A DNA stretch of 64,000 bases, from positions 42,966,001 to 43,030,000 of the forward strand of contig OX597826.1 of NCBI GenBank assembly GCA_951406725.2, in the 5' to 3' direction. The stretch is from Octopus vulgaris (lineage: Eukaryota). The notes below the pieces were generated by a model. The model saw only the letters and a program-made list of their open reading frames with translations, had not been told where the DNA came from and did no database searches. The translations under genes were made by a program, and so were the position numbers. Below, piece by piece: positions 14,178 to 26,827 of this stretch (within the stretch, counting starts at the first letter, position 1; each line of letters begins with the position of its first letter).

Positions 14178-14430
14178 TAGGCGGTGAGTTGGCAGAATCT
14201 TAAGCATGCTGGGCGAAATACTTTATTCTTTTACTTGTTTCAGTCATTTGACTGTGGCCATGCTGGAGCACCGCCTTTAGTCAAGTAAATCGACCGCAGG
14301 ACTTATTCTTTGTAAGCCTAGTACTTATTCTCTCGGTCTCTTTTGCCGAACCGCTAAGTTATGGGGATGTAAACACGCCAGCATCGGTTGTCATGCGATG
14401 TTGGGGGGGGGGGGGACAAACACAGACACA
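14178..14430. mobile_element. SINE B head (+) abutting the 3' half of a SINE A copy (-)
   Basis: GGCGGTGAGTTGGCAGAATC head followed directly by the reverse-complemented family A tail. Confidence 0.75.
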
Positions 14431-14477
14431 TGTTTAGCTCCCTGCAGAAAATAAAAATATAAATATTTAATATTATT

Positions 14478-14695
14478 AAGGCAGTGATTTGGCAGAGTCT
14501 AAAGCATGCTGGGCTTAACAGCATTTCGTTTGTCTTCAGGCTTTGAGTTCAAATGCTGCTGAGGTCAACCTTGCCTTTCACCCTTTTTGGGGGAGTGGGT
14601 CAATAAAATAAAGTACCAGTTGAGTACTGAGGTTGATGCAATCAACTTACCCCTTCTGCTGAAGTTGCTGGCTTTGTGCCAAAATTTGAAACCGA
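14478..14695 (+). mobile_element. SINE family B
   Basis: Head AAGGCAGTGATTTGGCAGA, B box GAGTTCAAATG, central GTCAACCTTGCCTTTCACCC...AAGTACCAG. Confidence 0.8.
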
Positions 14696-15530
14696 TATTT
14701 AATATTATCAAACAAGTCAAGACCAAGAAGAATGCGAAAGACTGGTGAAAATATTTAAGTTCTTCAACAGCTAAAATTCTATGAGAATAACTTGACTTGA
14801 TTTCTCCAAAACATAAATAAGAGAGAGATAGATAGAGAGAGAGCGACGGATGGGGGTAAAAGATAGCTACAGAGAAAGACAGAGAAAGGGGGAGGGAGAA
14901 AGAGATATACATTAAAAGCTTATTTTTCCCACAACAACGATCTCTATTTTTGTAACTACACTCAAGAGTTTTAGTTGTTAAAAGCGAATCATTCAGTGAC
15001 GTACTGATAGCATTTCTTTGGCTTTTCTATAATAAATACAATGGTGACACATATACTCCACTTGTACTTCACTCACACTCAAGCTCATAAATGCTCAACA
15101 TACATCAGCCAAAGCTGTATAGTTAAGAAGTTTAGTGGTTCTTGGTTCAATCCCACTGTATGGCACTTTGGACAAGTTTCTTTTTTCACAGTCATAAGTT
15201 TATCAATTTGGAGTTTTTAACTGGTATCTAGCTTGTGCATCTATGAATTGTCTACTAAAAGACTGTATGTGTGTCTTTCAACATGTAGGGCAGGGAGAAG
15301 GGGCACAGTGTAAGGCTGGGAAATGGTATACATACTGGAGGATGAAGAGAAGGGGACAGAAGACCTAGCATATTGAATAACTCAGTACCATGTAACTTCA
15401 ATAAATTTCATTTCTTTTTTTTTTTTCACAAATTTGAAACATGTAGAATATAATGTTAAGTGTGAAGCTGTGATGCCAATGTAGGCTAGATTTGGAAATA
15501 GATTTAGAAGTTGATGCAGGATATAGTTAA

Positions 15531-15750
15531 CCCTTTTGATACCAACCCGGCTGAAACCGCCTGACTCTGTAGTACAAATGTCTTGTTTTCATAAGTTATG
15601 AATTAAAATCTTCCACCAAACCGTAGTCACAATTTATGTTCCTAACACTAGCTGAATGATAACTAAATTATTTTACTAAATTCTTTGTTATATTTAAAAT
15701 TAATTGTAAGAAGCACAGAATATCTCAACTGAATTATGGTGACAAAAGGG
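15531..15750. mobile_element. TTAA-flanked piggyBac-type MITE (family P2), intact
   Basis: TTAA on both sides; TIRs CCCTTTTGATACCA/TGGTGACAAAAGGG. Confidence 0.85.
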
Positions 15751-16900
15751 TTAAAGAGGGACACATAGAGCAACTGTCAGTGTTTGAGTATTTTTACGAT
15801 TCTTAGAATTATTGTATTAACAAAATTTGCCTAAAGTTTTAGGTAACCAACTTTATATTCTACAATAACCACCACCCCCAAATAAAATGTTTAGTCCCTT
15901 AAATAGGTAGAGTGTGTGCACGTCTATATGAGAGAGCACATGCATATCACTTGAAACAGGGAAGCTCTATTTTCATAAATGAATTTATTATAACGAATAT
16001 ATATATATATATATTCGTATGCATTCATGCATATACATGCGCATGTGCGATTGTGTATATAGTCATGTGTATATACTGTCATATATATATATATATATAT
16101 ATATATATTGATGTTATTAGTGACAAAAAAGGTAAAAGACACTTCTCTCTCTCACCTACTTAATTAGTGATTGCCAGGGACAGAAATATAAAAATAAGGT
16201 AAGAAAAACAATGGTACAATGAAGTAGGGCTGAAGGTCATTTAGTGCATTACATTGAGCTTTTAGATTAAGAGTCCACAGAATTCAGTGAAGCAGCAGGT
16301 TGGTATGACAGCGAACAAGAACTACAAGTTATTTCACATGTGACTGGCAAAATATTCATGAGTCAGAAGTCGGAGAAGAATAGTTACAAATATATATATA
16401 TATATATTATTAGAGAAAGAAAAGGCTTGCTTTTTTTTGTTGTTGTTACTGCTTTCATTTGAGTGGTTTTCTTTTTTTTTTTTTTTTTTTTTGCAAATTT
16501 CTACGCCTATTATTTATGGTTTTCTATACAGATCTTTTATACAACAGTGTCTTGAGAATAAAAATCAGTCAGGGAAGAAGTGTAGCTTAATAAAAATGAG
16601 TGCTAGCAACCAAATGAAAACAAGTTTGTTACTACATAGTGAGATGTTCATGTTTATGGTTCCCACGGTTTATTAGTAAACCAAGCAAAATATTTATATA
16701 TATTTTTTTTCCTATAACGAAATCATAAAAATAAAAACAAACTTTTCTAAAAATGTTATATCAGAAATCAAATTGTTCAGATTGAGAGGAACTTTTTTGA
16801 TGCCAACCTGTCTGCGAACAATCCAAGCTCTATCCATGACCAATCCAAGACCTGTCTGTGACCAACCCAAGCTCTTTCATGAATACAGCTCATTCTAACA

Positions 16901-17228
16901 CTTTTACTTTTTTATTTGTTTCAGTTATTTGACTGTGGCCATGCTGGAGCACTGCCTTTAGTTGAGCAAATCGACCCCAGGACTTATTATTTGTTAAGCC
17001 TAGTACTTATTCTATCGGTCTCTTCTGCCGAACTGCTAAGTTACGGGGACGTAAACACACCAGCATCGGTTGTCAAGCGATGTTGGGGGGGGGGGGGACA
17101 AACACACACACATATATATAGATATACACACATATGACGGGCTTCTTTCAGTTTCTGTCTACCAAATCCACTCACAAGGCTTTGGTCGGCTCGAGGCTAT
17201 AGTAGAAGACACTTGCCCAAGGTGCCAC
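16901..17228 (-). mobile_element. SINE family A lacking its 5' head
   Basis: High identity to family A; ends at an unrelated insert (17229-17403). Confidence 0.85.
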
Positions 17229-17401
17229 TATTATTATAACGAATTGTGTCTATTTATCACCCAATGAGATACGTCCGCCCTGCCAGATGCTCCTGAACCA
17301 GTTGTTGAGTGTCCCACCCAAGAGGGATTGATGCTAGATACGTTGGAACAATTGTCATGATTAATAGATTCTCATATATTCCATCTTCTGTCTTTCATTT
17401 G

Positions 17402-17403
<2 letters not shown>
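17229..17403 (+). mobile_element. Penelope-like non-coding fragment with a decayed hammerhead motif
   Basis: TGTCCCA-CCCAAGAG...GATACGTTGGAACA has hammerhead order but a mutated core; 3' part resembles 45886-45938; followed by (TA)n. Confidence 0.45.
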
Positions 17404-17437
<34 letters not shown>

Positions 17438-18615
17438 CGCACACGCATGCACGGACACACACACAACACATAATGGGCTTCTACACAGTTTTCGTCCATC
17501 AAATATATTCACATGGTATGGTTTGGCCTGGGGCTATAATAGAAGGCACTTGCTTAAGGTGGCATGCAGTGGGATTGACCCCACAAGGAAAGAAAAGAGA
17601 GAAATAGATGGTCATGGTTGGAACGCCTTCGATCATAGGTCTGCTCAGCCAGGGTTGACCAGGGGCTAAGCAAAAACAACAACAAAAACAATGAGAACTA
17701 CAATGGTTATAATGCCAGAAACAATGATGATAAGAACAACGACGACGACAACAAGAACAACAAATAACAATGACAGCAAACAATAATAAAATCGACCAAA
17801 AACATGATCAACTCAACTAACAACAACAACAACAAAAACAAGAACAGCAACAAAACTAACAGAACAACAAGCAAAAACATTTGGACAACTGAACAAACAA
17901 CCAACAAAAACAACAAACAACTACTATGACAAACAACCAAGGAAATAAAGTAGAAACTTATAAAAATATATTCTGATGGTCTTTATTGAACAAAGTATTT
18001 AATAAAAAGAAATTGAAGCAATAAAATTAAATGACTTTCAGGAAAAATACATTGGAGATAGTCATAAAAATGTTACGGCTGCCAATATATCAAAGGCATG
18101 AGAATAATTTGCACACCTAAAGTTTAAATTGAATTTAAAACTAAAAGATGAAATATATTTTCGAAGAAAAGCATCTAAGAATAGGAATAAAAATAAATAT
18201 TTCGAATATTAACTGAAATATTTAAAAAAATAAAAATAAAATGGGAAAGAAGAAAATAAATGAAAAATATGTAGAAATTTGCAAAATTATGTTTTCCTTC
18301 TAACAAACACAAACACACACATATATATATATATATATACACACATATGCGCTCATATATACATATGTATGTATACATACACCAACAAAAACAGGAATGT
18401 GCGCGTGTGTGTATTTACACACATACATTCAAGTGTGCATGAAGGCACTTCAATATATATATAAATGTACACGCACAAATGTATGTACATATAAATATAC
18501 ACATATGTATACATACATATGTGTGTGTGTGTGAGTGTGTGTATATATGTACACATCACACACATAGTAGCCATTACAGGTAAACATTTGTTGGAGTACT
18601 GCCTTCAAAATTGCA

Positions 18616-19040
<425 letters not shown>

Positions 19041-19396
19041 TGTTTATATGTATATGAATCAGTGGCATGGCAAGACAAAATGCACCCATTCCACTCAATA
19101 AAATGGTGGGTGTGAGGAATGGAATCTAGTCATAGAAACCATGGCAAAAATAGAACATATGATCAAAATTTGGTCCCTGATCCATCTTCGAGTTGTACAA
19201 TAATTGCAAATAGGATTGGCATGGATTCAATGCCCTATCCAACCCATGCCAGTCACCATGGAAAGCGGACATGAAATGATAGTAATAATGACAATGCACA
19301 CACACACTCGCATCATCATTGTTTAACATCCGTTTTCCATGCTAGCATGGGTGAGACCATACGTGTATATGCACATAAGCACATATACATGCATGA

Positions 19397-19431
<35 letters not shown>

Positions 19432-20127
19432 CATACATGCATTAGTATATGTGTATATAATCTCTTGAGTTTGAGAAAGACGATTCCACAACTTCTTGTT
19501 GAGTATCATGCACGGATATTTGTTTATCATGATCAAAGTTTTGTGCTGTCCATTAGCACACTCTCTCTCTCTCCGTCAAATTAACACTGCACAAAGTTCC
19601 ACACATCAGATGTCGAAGTGATTGCAAAGTAACATGAAATGGAATGTTTTGCTCAAGAACACAATGCACTATTTGGTCTGGGAATCAAAATCTCATGATA
19701 TATACATATTCTTTTATTCTTTTACTTGTTTTGGTCATTTAACTGTAGCCACCATGCAAGGGCACCACTTTAAAGGGTTTTAGTCTAACAAAAATTGACA
19801 CCATGTTTTTTTTTAAAAGTCTAGTACTTATTCTATTAGTCTCTTTTGCTGAACCATTAGGTTACAGAGCCATAAACATACCAACACTGGTTGTCAAGCG
19901 GTGACGAGAGTACAAACACAATATCAAAGACACACACACACACACACACACACACAAATACATACATATATATATATATATGTAAAACATGATTTATTTG
20001 TGATCAGGTGTTCATAAACTGAGGTGCTACTGTATTAAATGAACATGAGAAAGACAGGAGATAAAGCACGATTTATTTGTGATCAGAGGTGTTTGAAAAC
20101 TAAGGTACTGCTATATATATATATATA

Positions 20128-20390
20128 TCATCATCATCATCATCATCATCGTTTAACGTCCGCTTTCCGCGCTAGCACGGGTTGGACGGTTTGACCGGGT
20201 CTGGGAAGCCAGGGCCGCACCAGGCTCCAGTCTGAATCTGGCAGAGTTTCTACGGCTGGATGCCCTTCCTAACGCCAACCACTCCGTGAGTGGATTGGGT
20301 GCTTTTTACGTGCCACCTGCACAGGGGCCGGAGGGTCCGGCATCGTCACGATCGGTTCGAGCATTTTAACGTGTCAGCGGCACGGGGGCA
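20128..20390 (-). mobile_element. Young retroelement 3' end with (ATG)n tail (RTE-type 3' UTR or SINE tail; family D)
   Basis: Reverse complement of 36540-36793; CpG-rich; (CAT)n tail. Confidence 0.8.
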
Positions 20391-20474
20391 ACGAGGTCCG
20401 GGGTACTTTGGGGATCCAGGGTACTTTGGGGATCCGGGGTACTTAGAATGAGTAGGGGGTATATATATATATAT

Positions 20475-20511
<37 letters not shown>

Positions 20512-20514
<3 letters not shown>

Positions 20515-20735
20515 GGGGGGGTGTTGCAAAGTTCCTGGCTTTAAGGGTATTGTGAAAGGCATGGTTGGAGGCCCAACATTCTGAGTTCTTTTACAGGGCT
20601 TAGAAAACCTGAAGGACTGACTGCTACAGTAAGTGTGTGAACCTGAGAGGGGAATATGTTGAATAAAATCATAATTTTACTGATCCTCCTGTATTTTCTT
20701 TTACCTAAGGCCAGGAACTTTTCAACACCCCCTCA
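20512..20735 (+). mobile_element. Mariner-derived MITE
   Basis: About 28-bp TIRs GGGGGTGTTGCAAAGTTCCTGGCTTTA/TAAGGCCAGGAACTTTTCAACACCCCC; internal remnant FLQGLENLKD...KCVNLRGEYVE* matches the mariner transposase C-terminus. Confidence 0.85.
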
Positions 20736-20765
20736 TGTGTGTGGGAATGTATATATATATATATA

Positions 20766-20818
20766 TTAGTTCAACCCATGCCAGCATAGAACATGATGAC
20801 GGTGGTGGTATAGGTAAA

Positions 20819-20855
<37 letters not shown>

Positions 20856-20904
20856 TTCAACCCATGCCAGCATAGAACATGATGACGGTGGTGGTATAGG
20901 TAAA

Positions 20905-20939
<35 letters not shown>

Positions 20940-20988
20940 TTCAACCCATGCCAGCATAGAACATGATGACGGTGGTGGTATAGGTAAA

Positions 20989-21033
<45 letters not shown>

Positions 21034-21107
21034 TTCAACCCATGCCAGCATAGAACATGATGACGGTGGTGGTATAGGTAAATCTAATATATATATATAT
21101 ATATATA
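20766..21107. repeat. Four identical ~59-bp units separated by variable (AT)n
   Basis: TTAGTTCAACCCATGCCAGCATAGAACATGATGACGGTGGTGGTATAGGTAAATCTAAT x4. Confidence 0.95.
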
Positions 21108-21583
21108 TGATGGGGATATATAAATGTACGTAAGTATGTATAAATAACCATATGAATATAATATAAAGTGACAGAGGGCTGGCTTGTAGACAGTTTAATA
21201 GATAAAGTTGTAACATGCTAGTACTTCATTTACCAAGTTAAAAGGATTCACTAAGAGAAACAACAAATGAATAAATAAATAAACGATAGAAAAAACAAAT
21301 GAAGAGAAATAAATATTGAATCTAACAACAATTTAGGAGAAATAAACTGATAATAGCTGAAGTGATAGGGGTGTTAAAGTAAGGTAATTAAGAAAGAAAG
21401 AGAAAAGAAAAGGAAAAGAAAGTAATAACAACAATTACTGTTAGATATGTCACTTGTGGTTTTAAGGAGAAAATTAGGCTTAATTCTGATCTTTTTTTTA
21501 TCAGAGTTAAGATCACTGATGAAATGGAATAGAATTCCCTTTCTGACATTCTGTTATTCTAATATAATATTATTGCTTGATGA

Positions 21584-21617
<34 letters not shown>

Positions 21618-21762
21618 GGTGGTAATGATGATGATATTAAGTAAGCAGCTTGGTGAGTAAATGATAAAAATATAAGTTCCCTTGCTCCCTGTTCAGGTAA
21701 TATTAAAATCCCATTTTAGATATTCTTGGTAGATAACAAGTTAACTTGAAAGTGGCAGGGCA

Positions 21763-21771
21763 ACGACGACG

Positions 21772-21806
<35 letters not shown>

Positions 21807-21898
21807 AAGAAGAAGAAGAAGAAGAAGAAGAAGAAGAAGAAGAAGAAGAAGAAGAAGAAGAAGAAGAAGAAGACGACGACGAAGAAGAAGAAGAAGAA
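21763..21898. repeat. Compound trinucleotide microsatellite (CGA)(CTA)n(GAA)n
   Basis: Read directly from the sequence. Confidence 0.95.
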
Positions 21899-21904
21899 AT
21901 TGAG

Positions 21905-22810
21905 ATAACGGTTTCAAATTTTTGGCCTAGTACTTGACTGGAGTTTATTTTATTGACCCTTGAATGAATGAAAGGCAAAGTTGCAGGAATTGAACTCAGA
22001 GTGTAAAAAGCTAGAAGAAATACCACTAAGCATTTTGTCTACTATACAAACAAGGGCTGAAATTTTGAGAGAGTTGATTACATTAACCCCAGTGCTTGAC
22101 TGGTACTTATTTTATCAACCATGGAAGAACAAAAGGCATCGTTGACCTCAGTGGAATTTGAACTCAGAACGAAAACATGGATGAAATGCTGCTAAGCATT
22201 TTGCCCGGTATGCTAATGATTCTGCCACCTCATAATAATAATAATAATAATTTTTTCTACTCTAGGCACAAAGCCCGAAATTTTGTGGGAGGGAGGAGTT
22301 GATTAGACTGACCTCAGTATGCAACTGGTACTTAATTTATTGACCCCGAAAGGATGAAAGGCAAAGTCAACCTCAGTGGAATCTGAACTCAGAATGTAAA
22401 GACAGAGGAATTACAGCTGTGTTTCGTGGTCTGCTACCACAACAGGTCCTTTATAGGATCCAGTTAGCTCAAAACATCATCAGGAGGAACGACGTCTGGT
22501 TTTGGCTCCTACTCCTCTACCGTTTTGACGTGGCGGGCCCCCCCGCTTTCGGAGGTGTCTTCAGCTCTGGTGTTGGGTGCATGTCTTCTTTCTTCTGTTC
22601 CCACTAAGCATTTTACCCAGTGTGCTAACGTTCCTGCCAGCTTGCCATCCTAATAGTAATAATAGTTCCAAATTTTGGCACAAGGCCAACTGGTACTTAT
22701 TTTATCGAGTCTGAAAGGATGAAAGACAACGTCGACCTTAGTGGAATTTGAACTCTGAATGTGAAGGCAGATGAAATACTGCTAAGCATTTTGCCCAGTA
22801 TGCTAATGAA
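21905..22810 (-). mobile_element. Head-to-tail cluster of four SINE family B copies
   Basis: Four repeats of the motif set GGAATT(T)GAACTC..AAT and CTAAGCATTTT. Confidence 0.8.
22412..22600 (-). mobile_element. GC-rich insert inside a SINE B copy, carrying a hammerhead-like motif (Penelope-like)
   Basis: SINE sequence is split around it; - strand reads CTGATGA...GTGGT-AGCAG-ACCAC-GAAACACAGCTGTA. Confidence 0.6.
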
Positions 22811-22845
22811 CTCACATTGAGAAACACTCATTTTGGGAAGTCATT

Positions 22846-23247
22846 CTCTTTTACTTGTTTCAGTCATTTGACTGCGGCCATGCTGGAGCACCGCCTTTAG
22901 TTAAGCAAATCGACCCCGGGACTTATTCTTTGTAAGCCCAGTACTTATTCTATCGGTCTCTTTTGCCGAACTGCTAAGTGATGGGGACGTAAACACACCA
23001 GCATCGGTTGTCAAGCAATGCTAGGGGGACAAACACAGACACACAAACATATACACACACACTTATATACATATACATATATACGACAGGCTTCTTTCAG
23101 TTTCCGTCTACCAAATCCACTCACAAGGCATTGGTCGGCCCGAGGCTATAGCAGAAGACACTTGCCCAAGATGTCACGCAGTGGGACTGAACCCGGAACC
23201 ATGTGGTTGGTAAGCAAGCTACTTACCACACAGCCACTCCTGCGCCT
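22846..23247 (-). mobile_element. SINE family A, full length
   Basis: High identity to the other full copies. Confidence 0.9.
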
Positions 23248-24939
23248 ATATGAAGTTAACATGGATTTTTTCTTCTTTTAGTTTGGAGAGAAGGGTAGTG
23301 CCTATGAACCCTTTATAGGGCTCCCTATACGAGTGAGAAGAAGGCATGAAGGTATCCTCAAACCAGAGACTTAGTCCAAATGTTTGCAACAGAGTGGATC
23401 CCATTAGAGGTTACCGTGATGATAGGTTATAGTAAAAACTACAGATATCTGTTGCTCGGCTGTTTATTTCATCTCTGTGATTGTGTGAGAGTGTGTATGT
23501 ATGTATGTATGTATGTATGTATGTATGTATGTATGTGTGTGTGTATGAGAATGCAAATGAGTGTGTGAGAGGGAGTGGGTGTGTGTGAGAGAGGGGTGGG
23601 TGTGTGTGTGAGAAATAGTGAGGGTGTGTGAGTGAACAGAGAGTGTGTATGTGTGTGAAATAAAAAGGCATCTATTTTTGTATATATATTTCATTCTTGG
23701 GAGAATTTTTTAAGTTTAAGGGGAACATACAAGAAATACTACAATATCATAGATACAATTGAATAGCCACTCATAAATATACACCAACTTACTTGGTGCA
23801 TCATGCTTTTGAATTAGGATTCTATCTAGGTTAATTAAAACTTTTGTCCATCTGAGATCAATAAAATGACAAGTCAACAGCTTCTGGGTTAAATAATTCA
23901 TTGATTATACGCAATTATAGGTGCAGATGTAGCTGTGCGGTGAAGGAGTTCACTTCTGATTCATTTAGTCTCAGGGTCAGTCTCCCTGTGTGGCACTTTG
24001 GGCAAGTGTCTTCTAGTTTATCCCCCTGTTGACTGATGCCCTGTGACTAGAATTTCATAGATGTAAACTATAAAAACTCATCATCATCATTACTATCATT
24101 CTCAGTCTCTTTCTTCCATACACTTACATACACATATAGTTTTATCCAGTTCTGGCATTCCATACATTGTGTATATAAAGAGTGAATTTTGTGTGTATAT
24201 TTAGAGTTGAATTGTTGACGTAACTTTCTTTATTTGCATTGATTTGTGAATATACAATTGTATTGCATAATACTAAAAGCACATATCAATGCAAACATGT
24301 TCACATAATTTCTTGCATACTAAAATTAATACTACATGAAGAAGGTTATGAAACGGCTGTAACCCTATGGAAGTCATGTGGTTAAATATATATTCACCAC
24401 TTATACTACCTGTAACTTAGTAGTTAGACAGACAAACAGAGACGGCAAAGTAAAAGACTGTAATAATTAATGAGGAAAGAGGGCCATATCATCAGCTAAT
24501 ACTTTCGAAGTTAACGTCACAGCATGGTCACAGTCCAATGATTGAAGCCGGTAAAAGAATAAAAGACAGAAACTCTTGAGAGCAAATTTCTCTTAGAAGA
24601 AAAAAAAAAGAATAATAAAAAATGAAGGTGTAACTAAATCAAGAACTTTCACTCCCCTTTCTAATACCCAAAATGATTTTCTAGTACTGTGTACTTTCCA
24701 TTCTGTTTTACTTTGGTCAGCATCAGGTTACATATACCAAATGTGTGTGTGTGTGAGAGAGAGAGAGGGCAAGAGAAAGGCAGAGATAGGAGAGAGAGAG
24801 AGAGAGAGGGGGAGATAGGATAGAGGAAGGAGAGATTCATAAAAATTTTGAGTTGACCCTTGTTAAATTTACAACAAAAATTTTGTAGTTGAAACAAATT
24901 AGGTAAACTTATATATTTTTTCATCATCTTTGCCATACT

Positions 24940-25260
24940 TCAATCCTTTTCTTACCAATATTTCTGTGGAAATATACTTGCTTTTGTTTCAGTTAATTTG
25001 AAGAATAATAAAGAATTTAGTAAAATAACTGGGTTGGTGTTTGGAACATAAAATGAATACGAAATTTTGATGGAAGGTTTTTTTTTATCTAAATCACTTC
25101 CAAGTATGAATTTTGTATCATAGAACTAACAGAAGCTGGTCTCAGGTAAGTTGGTAAAAGGGTGAAGCCTTTCTTTATCATATTTTCGTTGAAATATGCT
25201 GCTTTTATTTCAATTAAGTTTGAAAATGATGAAGAACTTACTAAAATAACTGTCATTATG
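24940..25260. mobile_element. TTAA-MITE family P2 copies in opposite orientation, one partial
   Basis: Reverse-complement similarity to 15531-15750. Confidence 0.65.
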
Positions 25261-25587
25261 TAGCAGTGTTGTGGCTAGTATTGGATAATCAATTTTGGTG
25301 GTACCCCTTCATAGCCACAGAACTGTAATGCATGTTAGTTATCATGATATTAAGCTTATTCATGTAAAGCCAGTTCATATTTGAAGAAACCCATCAAAAG
25401 AATGACCTGTAAGTCAACTTCACACCAAAACTGCATCCAAGGTTTTATCTGTTGACAAGAGGATTTTCAATCAGCTTTACTCAATATTCCCATTTTGACA
25501 CCCCTTACACCAGATTATTGTTAGTTGCATCTAAGCAAACATATTCACCATATTTGCTGTCTGCTAGCTTGCACCTCTGTACAAATA

Positions 25588-25902
25588 CAGGGTGAGTAAG
25601 GTATTTGAGGTCGTACCTTTTTTTAGGTCATTGCTGCATTTTTTGCTCAGTCTGCATAATCTTTGTTTCAGAAAATAATGGCAGACCCTCAGCTTTCTCA
25701 AGAATTGAAGGGGCATGCTGTTATTGTGGTTATAAAGGCTGAGCATAGTGATTTAGAAATATCTTGATTTTTAAAAGTTGCCAGATCTTTCGTCTACAAT
25801 GTTTGTAAGGAGCTACAGACTGAAAATGGAAATGTATCACCAGTATCAAAGCATAAAAAGCATTCTAAATGCTCTGAAATTATCGGAACACCTGAATTTA
25901 TC
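25588..25902 (+). pseudogene. Tc1/mariner transposon left end with a decayed transposase N-terminal HTH
   Basis: TA|CAGGGTG TIR start; from ATG 25678 it reads MADPQLSQELK/HAVIVVIKAEHSDLEIS*FLKVARSFVYNVCKEL...IIGTPEFI, with one frameshift and one stop. Confidence 0.7.
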
Positions 25903-26295
25903 TCAAACTTATTTGAATTTATCTGTCTGCTAACTGCACCTTCGCAAAGACTGTCACCATATTCACAACCGGTTAACTGTACCTCTAGAAAAATAGTCCC
26001 ATATTCATAGCTTGTCTACTTTCCAATCACACATATTCTGTGTTTCTCCCAGTTTTCCCTGCTTCAATACTATTGCAAATAGTTTGAAAATGAAAAATTC
26101 TTCCAATAGTATGAGTGATCTGTAGAATAGGTTTGGCATCACAGTAAGTCAGTATGCATGTAGACTCTTCTCTCTCCCTCTCCCATTCAAACATCCATCT
26201 TCTATGATTATTTAATCTATGTTCTTGAAGCATACAATAGTATACCACATATTCAAAGGAAGCCATCTCTCAGAACCTTCCATGGCTATAGATAT

Positions 26296-26630
26296 AGGCA
26301 TAGCTGTGTGGTTAAGAAGCCAGCTTCCTAACCATGTAGGTTTGGGTTCAGTCCCAACTGTGACACTTTCGACAAGTGCCTTCTTCTTTAGCCCCAATCT
26401 GATCAAAGCCTTCTAAGTGGATTTGGTGGATGAAAACTGAAAGAAACCCATCGTGTGTGTTTGGGTGTTCCTTTTTGTTTGTCAAAAAAACATATTTCTA
26501 GTCTTCTGTGAAATATATCAGGTCTGGTCATAGGGAAATATTACCTCACTTGGAAACAAGTGAGGGTTAATGACAGGAAGGGTATCCAACTGCAGAAAAT
26601 ATATCTGATTCATGCAAGTATGCTGTATGC
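26296..26630 (+). mobile_element. SINE with a family A head and an alternative 3' part
   Basis: Family A head followed by GGAAATATTACC...GGAAGGGTATCCA, also seen in reverse at 36080-36260 and 41790-41970. Confidence 0.65.
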
Positions 26631-26649
26631 ATGTGACCGCGTGTGTACC

Positions 26650-26827
26650 GTTGGCGTTTTTTTTCCTCTGTCTTCCCTTCTCTGGATCTTTCCTTCTCCT
26701 ATGTTTCCGACGAAGAGCTCCGCTCGAAACATTAAACCCTCCTTCTTTCCTGAGCGTCCAATAATACTATATTTGTTCCACGTCCTCGCGTTGTTGTGTT
26801 TTTTTGTGCTTTCTTGTTTGGATTAAC
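26650..26827 (+). mobile_element. Short Penelope-like element, copy 1, containing a hammerhead-like motif
   Basis: Near-identical to 58383-58552; ends at a (TA)n tract. Confidence 0.7.
26703..26737 (+). ncRNA. Minimal type I hammerhead-like ribozyme (variant core)
   Basis: GTTT-CCGACGA-A-GAGC-TCC-GCTC-GAAA-CATT-AAAC: stem I GTTT/AAAC, stem II GAGC/GCTC. Confidence 0.6.
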
